From: Hyphomonas sp.
GTDB taxonomy: Bacteria > Pseudomonadota > Alphaproteobacteria > Caulobacterales > Hyphomonadaceae
DNA: 64,000 bases
Assembly: GCF_046313735.1 (NCBI RefSeq)
Contig: NZ_JBKBXW010000011.1
Location: 6,292-70,291 of the forward strand
Direction: 5' to 3'
The position numbers were made by a program, and so were the translations under genes. Every line of letters begins with the position of its first letter. The stretch's first letter is position 1. The notes below the pieces were generated by a model. It saw only the letters and a list, made by a program, of their open reading frames with translations. It made no database searches and had not been told where the DNA came from. Of this stretch, positions 49,352 through 59,027 are shown one piece after another.

Positions 49352-50782
49352 TCAGGCTGCCTGATAGCCGATCACGGCTTTCACTTCGAGGAATTCCTCA
49401 AAGCCGTGCTCGCCCCATTCGCGGCCATTGCCGGACTGTTTGTAGCCGCCGAAGGGGGCCGTGAAGTCCGGCCGCGAGCCGTTGACCTGGATCTGGCCGG
49501 CGCGGATGCGGTTGGCCACTTCATAGGCTTCCTTGTCCGGGCCCTGAACGTAACCGGCAAGGCCGTAGACCGTGTCGTTGGCCTGCTCGATCGCTTCTTC
49601 CAGCGTATTGTAAGGCAGAATGCAGAGGACGGGCCCGAAGATTTCCTCGCGCGCGATGGTCATGTCGTTGGTGACATTTGCAAACACGGTCGGACGGGCG
49701 AAGTAGCCCTTGTTGAAGCCTTCGGGACGGCCCGGGCCGCCGGCGACGAGGGTGGCGCCTTCCTCGATGCCCTTCTGAATGAGGTCCTGGACCTTCTGGT
49801 ACTGGTTGCCATTCGAGATCGGGCCGATGGCGCCGGGAGGGGCCTCAGCCGGCATCGCGACCTTGACCATTTCGGCGGTGGCTTTCGCGATGGCGACAGC
49901 CTGGTCGTGCTGGTCTTTCTGCACGAACATGCGGGACGGCGCGTTACAGCTCTGGCCGGAGTTCGTCATCATCGACATCACGCCGCTGGACACTGCTTTC
50001 TGGAGGTCCGCGGTGGGCAGCACGATGTTCGGGCTCTTGCCGCCAAGCTCCTGGGCGACGCGCTTCACGGTCGGGGCAGCGGCCTGCGCGACGAGGACGC
50101 CAGCGCGGGTGGAGCCGGTGAACGAGACCATATCGACATCCGGGTGCGAAGAGAGCGCCGAGCCGACGCCCGGGCCGTCGCCATTGACGAGGTTGAACAC
50201 GCCTTTGGGCACGCCGGCCTCATGCAGGATCTCGGCAAAGATCATCGCGTCGAGCGGGGCAATCTCGGACGGCTTCAGCACCATCGTGCAGCCCGCCGCA
50301 ATCGCCGGGGCGACCTTGCAGGCGATCTGGTTCAGCGGCCAATTCCAGGGCGTGATGAAGGCGCAGACGCCGATCGGCTCCTTGCGCAGCAGGGTCGTGC
50401 CTTTGACCTCTTCCCACTGGTAGGCGCGCAGGATGGCTGCTGTGGTTGCGAAATGGCCCATGCCGGCCGGAACCTGCGCGGCATTGGCGAGCCACATCGG
50501 GGCGCCCATCTCAGTGGAAATCGCCTCGGCCAGTTCCGGCATGCGCTTCTGGATTCCGGCGGTGATCTTGTCGAGCAGGTCGGCGCGGTATTCGACGGAC
50601 GTTTTCGAGAATTCCGGGAAGGCGCGCTTGGCAGCGGCGACCGCTTTATCAGCATCTGCGGCAGACCCAATCGAGATGACCGCGAAATTTTCTTCCGTCG
50701 CGGGGTTTTCGACTTCGAGGGTACGCGGGGTCACCGGATCGACCCATTCGCCGTCGATATAGAATTTCAGGTACTCTTTCAT
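49352..50782 (-). CDS. Aldehyde dehydrogenase
   Basis: PWNWP, FTGS, ELGGK, GQSC, EEIFGPV, PFGGYKQSG. Confidence 0.95.
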   Translation of the reverse strand: MKEYLKFYIDGEWVDPVTPRTLEVENPATEENFAVISIGSAADADKAVAAAKRAFPEFSKTSVEYRADLLDKITAGIQKRMPELAEAISTEMGAPMWLANAAQVPAGMGHFATTAAILRAYQWEEVKGTTLLRKEPIGVCAFITPWNWPLNQIACKVAPAIAAGCTMVLKPSEIAPLDAMIFAEILHEAGVPKGVFNLVNGDGPGVGSALSSHPDVDMVSFTGSTRAGVLVAQAAAPTVKRVAQELGGKSPNIVLPTADLQKAVSSGVMSMMTNSGQSCNAPSRMFVQKDQHDQAVAIAKATAEMVKVAMPAEAPPGAIGPISNGNQYQKVQDLIQKGIEEGATLVAGGPGRPEGFNKGYFARPTVFANVTNDMTIAREEIFGPVLCILPYNTLEEAIEQANDTVYGLAGYVQGPDKEAYEVANRIRAGQIQVNGSRPDFTAPFGGYKQSGNGREWGEHGFEEFLEVKAVIGYQAA

Positions 50783-50890
50783 GGGCGTGCCTCCCTTGGC
50801 ATGTCTGAACAGGGCTTTGACCTGACTATAGGAGAGGCGCACCGCCTCCGCCACTGCTGACGTGGGGGGAGGGCGGGGTGCCTCACGAGG

Positions 50891-51100
50891 TTAGCGCGCG
50901 TTGCGGACCCACCCCCGGCCGGCCATGCAGGTAATGAAGTTCGCTTCGATGCCATAGCTGGCTTCGCGGCAGACGGTGTAGGCCGTTTCGAAGGGCTGGG
51001 CGCCCTGCCGGGCGGTCCAGTTCTTCTGGCCGCCGCTGGAGGCGCAGGCAGTTGCCATCAGCAGGGCTGTAGCGAGGAGGAGGGGCGCGCGGTGTCTCAT
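50891..51100 (-). CDS. Small lipoprotein, 69 aa
   Basis: Lipobox ATAC and a two-Cys CRE...CMAGRGW motif; ATGA overlap with the upstream gene. Confidence 0.7.
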   Translation of the reverse strand: MRHRAPLLLATALLMATACASSGGQKNWTARQGAQPFETAYTVCREASYGIEANFITCMAGRGWVRNAR

Positions 51101-52677
51101 TTCTTCTTCATGTTCCCGAACAGGCCGCGCAAGATATAGCGCGTGACTTCGCGACTGACCGTTGTGGCGGCCGTATTTGTGGCGCGTTCGCTGGGTGTCA
51201 TGCGGCGCGAGCGGGTGGTGGTCGAGGTTGTTCGTCCTTTGGCGGGCGCCTTGGCAGGTGCCTTTGGCGCAGCCTTGGCGCGGGCGGCGGCTTCCTTTTC
51301 CTTCTCCGCAGCGATCCGGGCTTTCTCGGCTTCCTTCGCGGCGGCTTCTTCCTTGCGGGTCAGGATTTCGTAGGCGCTCTCGCGGTCGAACATCTTGTCG
51401 TACCGCCCAAAGACCGGGCTCGCCTTCTGGATATCGGCGCGCTCCGCATCGCTCAGCGGGCCGAGGCGCGAGGCGGGGGGGCGGATCAGCGTGCGCTGGA
51501 CAATCGAAGGCGTGCCCTTGGCGTCGAGCGTCGAGACGAGCGCTTCGCCGACGCCGAGTTCGGTGATGACGCTTTCGGTCTTGAAGGCGGGGTTCGGGCG
51601 GAACGAGGCGGCGGCGGATTTCACGGCGCGCTGTTCCATCGGCGTGTAGGCGCGCAGCGCGTGTTGGATCCGGTTCCCGAGCTGGGCCAGCACGGATTCG
51701 GGAATGTCGCGCGGGTTCTGCGTGACGAAGTAAACGCCCACACCCTTGGACCGGATGAGGCGGACAACCTGCTCGATCTTCTGCAGCAGGGCAGGCGGCG
51801 TATCAGTGAAGAGGAGGTGCGCTTCGTCGAAGAAGAAGACGAGGCGGGGCTTTTCCGGATCGCCGATCTCCGGAAGGCGCTCGAACAGTTCCGACAGCAG
51901 CCAGAGAAGGAAGGTGGAGTAGAGTTTCGGGCTGTTGATGAGCTTTGTCGCATCCAGCACGTTGACATAGCCGCGCCCGTCGCGGGTTGTGCGCATGAAG
52001 TCTTCCAACTCGAGTGCCGGCTCGCCGAAGAAGGTTTCAGCGCCCGCGCGTTCGAGCACAAGAAGCTCGCGCTGCACTGCCGAGAGGGATGCAGCGGCCA
52101 CATTACCATACTTGCGGCTGACTTCTTCGCGAATGCCGGGTTCGCCGAGATGGGCGAGCAGCTTGCGCAGGTCTTTCAGGTCGAGGATGCGGAAATCCGG
52201 ATCCGTCAGGCAGCGATCATCCGCATACTGAAAGGCAACATTGAGGACGCCTTCCTGCACTGCGGTCAGGCCCATCAGGCGAGAGAGGAGGACGGGGCCC
52301 ATTTCGGCAATCGTCGTGCGGATGGGATGGCCTTTCTCGCCATAAAGATCCCAGAAGATCACCGGGGCAGGGTCGTAGGTCAGCGCGTCCATGCCGATGT
52401 TTGCAGCGCGGCTTGTGAAGGCGCCGTGCGCCTTGTGGGTTTCGGTGCCGGGCATGGCGACCCCGGCAAGATCGCCCTTCACGTCGGCGGCAAAGACCGG
52501 CACGCCGGCATCGGAAAAAGCCTGGGCCATGACCTGCAGGGTGACCGTCTTGCCGGTGCCGGTTGCGCCCGCGACAAGGCCATGCCGGTTGGCGACCTTC
52601 AGGATCAGGCTCTGCGCAGCATCAGGCTTGCCAGTGCCATCCGCGTCAGCGCCTCCGAGGAAGATCGTCTCGCCCAT
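51097..52677 (-). CDS. DUF853/YjgR HerA-like P-loop ATPase
   Basis: ANRHGLVAGATGTGKT, FFFDEAH, GNRIQHALRA. Confidence 0.92.
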   Translation of the reverse strand: MGETIFLGGADADGTGKPDAAQSLILKVANRHGLVAGATGTGKTVTLQVMAQAFSDAGVPVFAADVKGDLAGVAMPGTETHKAHGAFTSRAANIGMDALTYDPAPVIFWDLYGEKGHPIRTTIAEMGPVLLSRLMGLTAVQEGVLNVAFQYADDRCLTDPDFRILDLKDLRKLLAHLGEPGIREEVSRKYGNVAAASLSAVQRELLVLERAGAETFFGEPALELEDFMRTTRDGRGYVNVLDATKLINSPKLYSTFLLWLLSELFERLPEIGDPEKPRLVFFFDEAHLLFTDTPPALLQKIEQVVRLIRSKGVGVYFVTQNPRDIPESVLAQLGNRIQHALRAYTPMEQRAVKSAAASFRPNPAFKTESVITELGVGEALVSTLDAKGTPSIVQRTLIRPPASRLGPLSDAERADIQKASPVFGRYDKMFDRESAYEILTRKEEAAAKEAEKARIAAEKEKEAAARAKAAPKAPAKAPAKGRTTSTTTRSRRMTPSERATNTAATTVSREVTRYILRGLFGNMKKK

Positions 52678-52826
52678 AAGTTCAGTCCCCTAGCTGCGCC
52701 TGCCTTGATCCTGGCGGGAAGGCTAGCCTCTCCGGCGAAATGGGCAAGCCCGGCCGGGGCCGCTTTCTGCGCTTGACGCAGCAATCCCGGCCTTCCACCC
52801 TGAAGGGCAGTTTCAGGGGAACACCC

Positions 52827-53915
52827 ATGGACCGGTCATCGAAGACAGGCATCTGGATCATCGCGACCGGCGTGATTATCGCGCTGCTCTATGCCGGGCG
52901 GGATATTCTCGCGACCTTTGCGCTGGCAGTCTTTCTGTTCCTGATCATCGAGGGGTTCGCCAGTGTCATCGACAATGCGTCGCGCACCCTCAGGATCGGC
53001 GCAGCCCGGTTGATCGCCATCCTCCTGGTCATTGCCGGATTTGTCGGGTTCATCGTCCTGATGGCAAACGGCGTCGCTGAATTCAGCCGGGACTCCGGGG
53101 AGTATGAAGAGAAGATCAACGGTCTGATTGCCGCAGTCTATGGCGTGGCCGGGATTACGGAGGCGCCGACCCTGACGCAGCTCCTGTTCAACGAAAGTGG
53201 CCAGCGTTTCTTTGCGACCATCGCCAACTCGGTCAGCGGCCTGTCGGGCGACCTCGTCCTGATCCTGATCTATGTCGGCTTCCTCTTCGCGGCCCAGTCG
53301 ATGTGGACGCAGAAGCTGGACAATGTGTTTCCGGATCCTGATCGCCGGGACCAGGTCCGGCGCATCGGGAATGATGCCCGCGTTGCGATAGAAAAATACC
53401 TGTGGACCCAAACCGTTATCTCGGCGCTCATCACCGCGCTGACTTATGTCTCTCTCGTGATGCTCGGGGTTCAGAATGCCCTGTTCCTGTCGGCGCTGAT
53501 CTTCGTCCTGAATTACATACCAACCATCGGTTCGATTGTGGCGGCCCTCGTTCCGCCGCTTTTTGCGCTCGTTCAGCCGGGAGTGCCATCCTGGGTTCCG
53601 GGGGATGGGAACGATGCATCCTACATCTATGCCGCGATTGTGTTCGCGATTGTCAGCCTCTGGCAATTCAGCATCGGGAACTTTGTGCAACCGCGAATGA
53701 TGGGCGATTCGCTCAACCTCTCCGCGCTGGTCGTTCTCCTCGCCCTTGCCATTTGGGGTGTGATCTGGGGCATACCCGGGATGTTCCTGTCCGCACCGCT
53801 CACTGTGCTGATGATGATACTGTTCGCGCAGTCCGAGGGCACACGCTGGATCGCGATTCTTCTGTCTGCAGACGGCTTGCCGGACCTTCGCAAGGAGCAG
53901 GATGACGCAGCCTGA
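52827..53915 (+). CDS. AI-2E (PerM) family transporter
   Basis: LNYIPTIGS, GNFVQPRMMG, WGIPGMFLSAPLT. Confidence 0.9.
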   Translation: MDRSSKTGIWIIATGVIIALLYAGRDILATFALAVFLFLIIEGFASVIDNASRTLRIGAARLIAILLVIAGFVGFIVLMANGVAEFSRDSGEYEEKINGLIAAVYGVAGITEAPTLTQLLFNESGQRFFATIANSVSGLSGDLVLILIYVGFLFAAQSMWTQKLDNVFPDPDRRDQVRRIGNDARVAIEKYLWTQTVISALITALTYVSLVMLGVQNALFLSALIFVLNYIPTIGSIVAALVPPLFALVQPGVPSWVPGDGNDASYIYAAIVFAIVSLWQFSIGNFVQPRMMGDSLNLSALVVLLALAIWGVIWGIPGMFLSAPLTVLMMILFAQSEGTRWIAILLSADGLPDLRKEQDDAA

Positions 53916-54071
53916 ACTGCATGTGAGGCTGGCATGGATGTCATCGAAGTGTTACATCGCACCCGGGTTGAGGGAGCAGGCACGAGCGTTTTTCGCGTGC
54001 TCTCATAAAAAATGTTAACGATTTTGGTGTCGGCTGATCCTTGAACTGGAGCCATCGGCATCAATATCTAT

Positions 54072-54167
54072 CAAAATCAGGCTTCCGCGTGCGTCCCCCC
54101 ACCCAGCCTGCGGAATTTGCCTGTAGGGCCCGCCGGACATGTCCCCGTCTGGCGGGCCCGCTTCGTT
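54072..54167 (+). ncRNA. Candidate two-hairpin sRNA with UCCCC loops
   Basis: Hairpins 54078-54123 and 54126-54159, both with C-rich loops; promoter-like CTTGAA-N16-CAATATCT just upstream. Confidence 0.5.
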
Positions 54168-54293
54168 CCGGGGCCCGCGATCCCCGCATCCCCTTAACCG
54201 GCACTGCCTGATTATCAGGCATATGTCAGTTGAAGCCGGTTTCCGCTGCGGCTAGACCCTTGGGCAAGCCTGACCCAGCGCGAGTCGTTTCCC

Positions 54294-57200
54294 ATGCCCC
54301 GTTCCGCCACCACCCCCGGGCCTGCCAGTCAGGTCATTGACCAGTTCCTTCAGGAAGCAGCCGGCGAAGACCTGACCGGGCTTGATGAAGCCGACATCCG
54401 CCGCCTGGCTTCAAATGCCTGGGAGTGGGCTGCAGGGGTGCCCGCAGGCCAGCAGGCCGTGCGCGTCATCCTGCGGCCGGAAGGCGAGGGCGACCGTGCC
54501 TTGTCGCGAAGTATCCTGGAAGCGACGGGGCCGGACATGCCCTTCCTTGTGGATTCCCTCCTCGGCGAATGTGCTGCCCAGGGCCAGGAGGTCAGAACCC
54601 TGTTCCACCCGGTGGTCACCCTCGCCGACGGGCGGATGATTTCCCTGATCCAGATCCACACCCCGCTGCTGACGGCCGGCGAGGCCCGGATGCTGGAAGA
54701 CGGCGCGCGCGCTACGCTTGCCGATGTCGAGCGTGCGGTCTCCGACCACGCCGCGATGCGCGCACGGATGCGCAGCGAGATGAAACGGCTTGCTGGTCTG
54801 CGCCACCTGCCGCCGGCCGAGCGCGACGAGGCTGTGGAGTTCCTCGAATGGCTGTACCGGGAACATTTCGTCTTCCTCGGCTGCCGCGAATACGATTTCG
54901 AGACGGATGCAGATGGCAGCGTGAAGCCCGGCGAGCCCCTGATGGTGGAGGGCTCCAACCTCGGCATACTCCGGGATGAAAACCTCAACGTGCTGAGCCA
55001 TGACAGCGAGCCGCTCGTGCTGACGCGCGAGATCGGCCAGTTCCTGCAGGCGCCGATCCCGCTGATCATCGCCAAGTCGACGCTGCCGAGCCGTGTGCAC
55101 CGGCGGGTGCCATGCGATTACATCGGCGTGAAGAAATATGATGCCGAAGGCCGGGTGAATGGCGAGGTACGCTTCCTCGGCCTGTTCACAGCGGAGGCCT
55201 ATGACGAGACGGCGCGGTCGATCCCCTTCGTGCGCCGCCGGGTACAGAAGATCATGGCGGCCGCCGGCGCGACACCGGGCGGGCATACCGAAAAGGCGCT
55301 GGCAAACCTGATCGAGACATGGCCGCGCGACGAACTCCTGCAGACCCGCTCGACTGTGCTCGGCCCGATGATCATGGCGGCGCATCACCTGATCGGCCGC
55401 CCACGCACAAAACTGTTCCTGCGGCGGGACGAGTTCGACCGGTTTGTCACGGCGCTGGTCTTCGTGCCCCGCGAATCCTACGACACGGCTCTTCGCCAGA
55501 AGATCGCCGCGGCGCTCACCGAGGCCTGGCAGGGAGATCTCAAGAGCTTCCAGCCTTATTTCGACTCCGGGCCGCTTGCCCGTGTTCATTTCGAGATTGC
55601 GCTGCACGCGGATCATCCGGAGCCTGACCCGGCGGAACTGGAAAACCGAATCATCGAGCTTGCGCGCACCTGGGACCAGGCGTTCCGTGAGAGCCTGATG
55701 GAGTCCGGGTTGACAGGGGCCGACAGGGAAGGGGCCCGCAGCTTCATCGGCGCCTTCAACGCAGCCTACCGCGAAGCCTTCAGCCCGCATGAGGCGATAG
55801 AGGATGTGACCTGCATGGCCGCGCTGAGCGCTGGCCGGCCGATCGTTGCGCGGGCTTACCGGATGGGGTCTGATGCCGACTCCAAGGTGCGGATGAAGGT
55901 CTACACCCGGACCGGATCCATTCCGTTGTCGCGCTGCGTGCCCGTCTTCGAGAATCTAGGCCTGTTTGTTGATTTCGAAACCGGTTACCCCGTCCGTCCC
56001 CTGACAAAGCCTGCTGCAGATGCGCCGGACGTCTACTGGATCCATTCCTTCTCGATGCAGACCGCCGATGGGGGCGCGCTGGAGCTGGATAGTCTCTCTG
56101 GCGCTTTCGAAGAGGCGTTCATCGCAGTCTGGAGCGGGCTTGCAGAGAATGACGGGTTCAACCGGCTGGTGCTCAAGGCCGAAGCCTCCTGGAGGGAAGC
56201 GGCCCTGATCCGGGCCCTCACGGCGTATCGCCGCCAGAGCGGTATCGAGCCGCCCCAGGAGGTTCAGGAAGCGGCGCTCGCGCGCTACCCTGCCGTGACC
56301 CGCCTGATCCTCGACCTCTTCACGGCGCGGTTTGATCCGTCTGCGCACAAGACGCTGGACCTGCGCCGGAAAGCCGAGAAGACGCTGCGGGACCAGTTTG
56401 ACGAGGCCATGAAGAGTGTGAGCAGCCTCGCCGACGACACCGTGCTGCGGCGCTTGTTTGATCTTGTCGCGGCCATCCAGCGCACGAATTTCTATCAGAC
56501 CGACGAAGCAGGCTCCCCCCGCCGCTTCATCAGCATCAAGGTTGCGAGCCGGGAGCTTGCCGACCTGCCGGAGCCCAAGCCCTACCGCGAGATATTCACT
56601 GACAGCCCGAGGGTTGAAGGTGTGCACCTGCGTTTCGGCCCGGTGGCCCGCGGCGGCCTGCGCTGGTCGGACCGGGCATCTGACTACCGCACGGAAGTGC
56701 TCGGCCTCGTAAAGGCCCAGCAGGTAAAGAACGCAGTGATCGTGCCGGTGGGCTCCAAGGGCGGGTTCTATCCGAAACAGCTCGCCGACCGGTCGGACCG
56801 GGATGCCTGGTTCGAGAGCGGACGTGATGCGTACAAGGAGTTTATCACAGCCCTCCTCAGCGTTACGGACAACATCATCGAAGGCAGGGTCACGCACCCG
56901 GCCCAGACGGTGATCTGGGACGGGGAGGATCCTTACCTCGTGGTCGCAGCCGACAAGGGAACAGCGACTTTCTCCGACACCGCCAATGCGATCAGCATCG
57001 AGAAAGGCCACTGGCTCGGCGACGCGTTCGCGTCCGGGGGCTCGGCCGGCTATGACCACAAAAAAATGGGCATCACGGCACGCGGCGCGTGGGAGGCTGT
57101 GAAACGCCATTTCCGCGAGATGGGCCGGGATATCCAGGCAGAGCCGTTCACCGTCATTGGCGTTGGTGACATGAGCGGTGACGTCTTCGGAAACGGCATG

Positions 57201-59021
57201 TTGCTGTCACCTGAAATCCGGCTGATCGCAGCCTTCAATCACATGCACATCTTCATTGATCCGTCGCCGGAGGATGCGGGCAGATGCCTTGCGGAGCGCC
57301 AACGCCTGTTCGAACTCCCGCGCTCGGCCTGGTCTGATTACGATGCCGCTCTGATATCCAAGGGCGGCGGCGTGTTCGAGCGCTCGGCCAAATCGATTGC
57401 GTTGACACCGGAGATCAAGGCCCTGACCGGGCTCGCAAAGGATGCGGTCACGCCTGACGAACTGATCCATGCGCTGCTGAAAGCCGAATGTGACCTCCTC
57501 TGGTTTGGCGGCATCGGCACCTATGTGAAATCCGCGCAGGAAACCCATGCGGAAGCAGGCGACCGCGCCAATGACGGGATCCGCGTCAATGGCCGGGACC
57601 TGCGCGCGAAGGTGATCGGCGAGGGGGCCAATCTCGGACTGACGCAGGCGGGCCGGATCGAGTTTGCCCAGGCTGGCGGCCGTCTGAATACCGATGCAAT
57701 CGACAATTCCGCTGGCGTGGATTCGTCCGACCACGAAGTGAATATCAAGATCCTCTCTGCCGAGGCGATACGTCTCGGCGCGCTGAAGACCGAGGACCGC
57801 GACGATATGCTCGCGGCGATGACGGATGATGTCGCGCGCCTTGTTCTCACACACAACTACGACCAGACAAACACCCTGACGCTCGCATCCGCCAACGCTC
57901 AGGATGATCATGAGGCGTTGGAACGCCTGATGGTGTACCTGGAAGAGCGCGGCGTCCTGAACCGCGCGCTGGAAGGCCTGCCGGCCACGCAGGACATGCA
58001 GGCGCGCAGCGCCGAGGGCCGCTGGCTCGCCCGGCCGGAACTGGCGGTCCTGCTCGCCTGGTCAAAGATTGTCCTGTTTGACGACATTGTCGCCTCGGAC
58101 CTGCCGGATGATCCGTGGTTCTCCTCCGTCCTCAAAGGATATTTCCCGTCGCCGGTCGATGGATTTGAAGAGGCTCTGGCCAATCACCGCCTTCGCCGCG
58201 AGATCATTTCGACGGTTGTTGCAAACCGCAGTCTCGATCTTGGCGGTCCGGTTCCGCTCCTGCGCCTGCGGGAGTTGACCGGTGCGGGCCCTGCGGAGAT
58301 GGTGAAGGGCGTCGAAGCCGCCCGTGCGGTGCTGGACATCTCCTCCTTCCGGCGGGAGGTCTTCTCCCTCGACACGAAAGTCGGCGCTGATCTGCAGACG
58401 GACCTTCAGGAAGAAGCCGTCAATGCGGTCAGCGAGGCGGCCGCGTGGTTTATCCGTACACTGCCGGAGAAGACAACCGGTGAGGCCGTTGCGCTGACCC
58501 ATCGTCCGCTCGATGAACTTAAGGCCGCCCTGTCCAGCATTCAGACTACGTTCCCTGCCTCCCGGATCGAGCGGGCCGCGCGCGGTTACCAGAAGCGCGG
58601 CGCCCCGGAGCCCCTTGCCCAATGGGCGGCGGCAATGTCCTATTTTGCGCAAGGTCTTGTCGTGACGGATCTCGCCCGCAACTGCGAGGTCAGCGTGCCG
58701 GATGCCGGTGCCGCCTTCTACCAAATCGGCGATGCATTGAGGCTGGACAGGCTCCGGGCCTCTGCCCGGGAAGGGCTTGCCCGCGCGCCCTATTGGGACC
58801 GCGTCGCCGGCCGACGCCTGATATCCGAACTTGTTCGCCTGCAGGCAGCCGCAGCAGAACAAGCAATCCGCGGCGGTAGCGCGGAGAGCTGGCTGGAGGC
58901 CCGCATCGACGGCCGCAAACAGCTCCTCCAGACGCTCGGCACGCTTGGCCGGGACCGTGACTGGTCCTTCGCCAAGTTTGCCCTTTCGGCCGATGCGGTG
59001 CGCCAGTTCATGGGGCGCTGA
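54294..59021 (+). CDS. Large NAD-specific glutamate dehydrogenase (GdhZ/GdhB type)
   Basis: GVHLRFGPVARGGLRWSDR, AADKGTATFSD, GVGDMSGDVFGNG, SDHEVNIKI; 1575 aa. Confidence 0.95.
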   Translation: MPRSATTPGPASQVIDQFLQEAAGEDLTGLDEADIRRLASNAWEWAAGVPAGQQAVRVILRPEGEGDRALSRSILEATGPDMPFLVDSLLGECAAQGQEVRTLFHPVVTLADGRMISLIQIHTPLLTAGEARMLEDGARATLADVERAVSDHAAMRARMRSEMKRLAGLRHLPPAERDEAVEFLEWLYREHFVFLGCREYDFETDADGSVKPGEPLMVEGSNLGILRDENLNVLSHDSEPLVLTREIGQFLQAPIPLIIAKSTLPSRVHRRVPCDYIGVKKYDAEGRVNGEVRFLGLFTAEAYDETARSIPFVRRRVQKIMAAAGATPGGHTEKALANLIETWPRDELLQTRSTVLGPMIMAAHHLIGRPRTKLFLRRDEFDRFVTALVFVPRESYDTALRQKIAAALTEAWQGDLKSFQPYFDSGPLARVHFEIALHADHPEPDPAELENRIIELARTWDQAFRESLMESGLTGADREGARSFIGAFNAAYREAFSPHEAIEDVTCMAALSAGRPIVARAYRMGSDADSKVRMKVYTRTGSIPLSRCVPVFENLGLFVDFETGYPVRPLTKPAADAPDVYWIHSFSMQTADGGALELDSLSGAFEEAFIAVWSGLAENDGFNRLVLKAEASWREAALIRALTAYRRQSGIEPPQEVQEAALARYPAVTRLILDLFTARFDPSAHKTLDLRRKAEKTLRDQFDEAMKSVSSLADDTVLRRLFDLVAAIQRTNFYQTDEAGSPRRFISIKVASRELADLPEPKPYREIFTDSPRVEGVHLRFGPVARGGLRWSDRASDYRTEVLGLVKAQQVKNAVIVPVGSKGGFYPKQLADRSDRDAWFESGRDAYKEFITALLSVTDNIIEGRVTHPAQTVIWDGEDPYLVVAADKGTATFSDTANAISIEKGHWLGDAFASGGSAGYDHKKMGITARGAWEAVKRHFREMGRDIQAEPFTVIGVGDMSGDVFGNGMLLSPEIRLIAAFNHMHIFIDPSPEDAGRCLAERQRLFELPRSAWSDYDAALISKGGGVFERSAKSIALTPEIKALTGLAKDAVTPDELIHALLKAECDLLWFGGIGTYVKSAQETHAEAGDRANDGIRVNGRDLRAKVIGEGANLGLTQAGRIEFAQAGGRLNTDAIDNSAGVDSSDHEVNIKILSAEAIRLGALKTEDRDDMLAAMTDDVARLVLTHNYDQTNTLTLASANAQDDHEALERLMVYLEERGVLNRALEGLPATQDMQARSAEGRWLARPELAVLLAWSKIVLFDDIVASDLPDDPWFSSVLKGYFPSPVDGFEEALANHRLRREIISTVVANRSLDLGGPVPLLRLRELTGAGPAEMVKGVEAARAVLDISSFRREVFSLDTKVGADLQTDLQEEAVNAVSEAAAWFIRTLPEKTTGEAVALTHRPLDELKAALSSIQTTFPASRIERAARGYQKRGAPEPLAQWAAAMSYFAQGLVVTDLARNCEVSVPDAGAAFYQIGDALRLDRLRASAREGLARAPYWDRVAGRRLISELVRLQAAAAEQAIRGGSAESWLEARIDGRKQLLQTLGTLGRDRDWSFAKFALSADAVRQFMGR

Positions 59022-59027
59022 CGGGCC

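Noticed and set aside
49103-50860. 585-aa plus-strand ORF and similar long antisense ORFs (e.g. 35169..36830, 12523..13881, 59991..61415)
   Set aside because: Shadow frames of well-supported genes, expected from high-GC codon bias.
50834-50884. Imperfect GC hairpin between the lipoprotein and ALDH genes
   Set aside because: Probably a terminator or stabilising stem; nothing supports a separate RNA.
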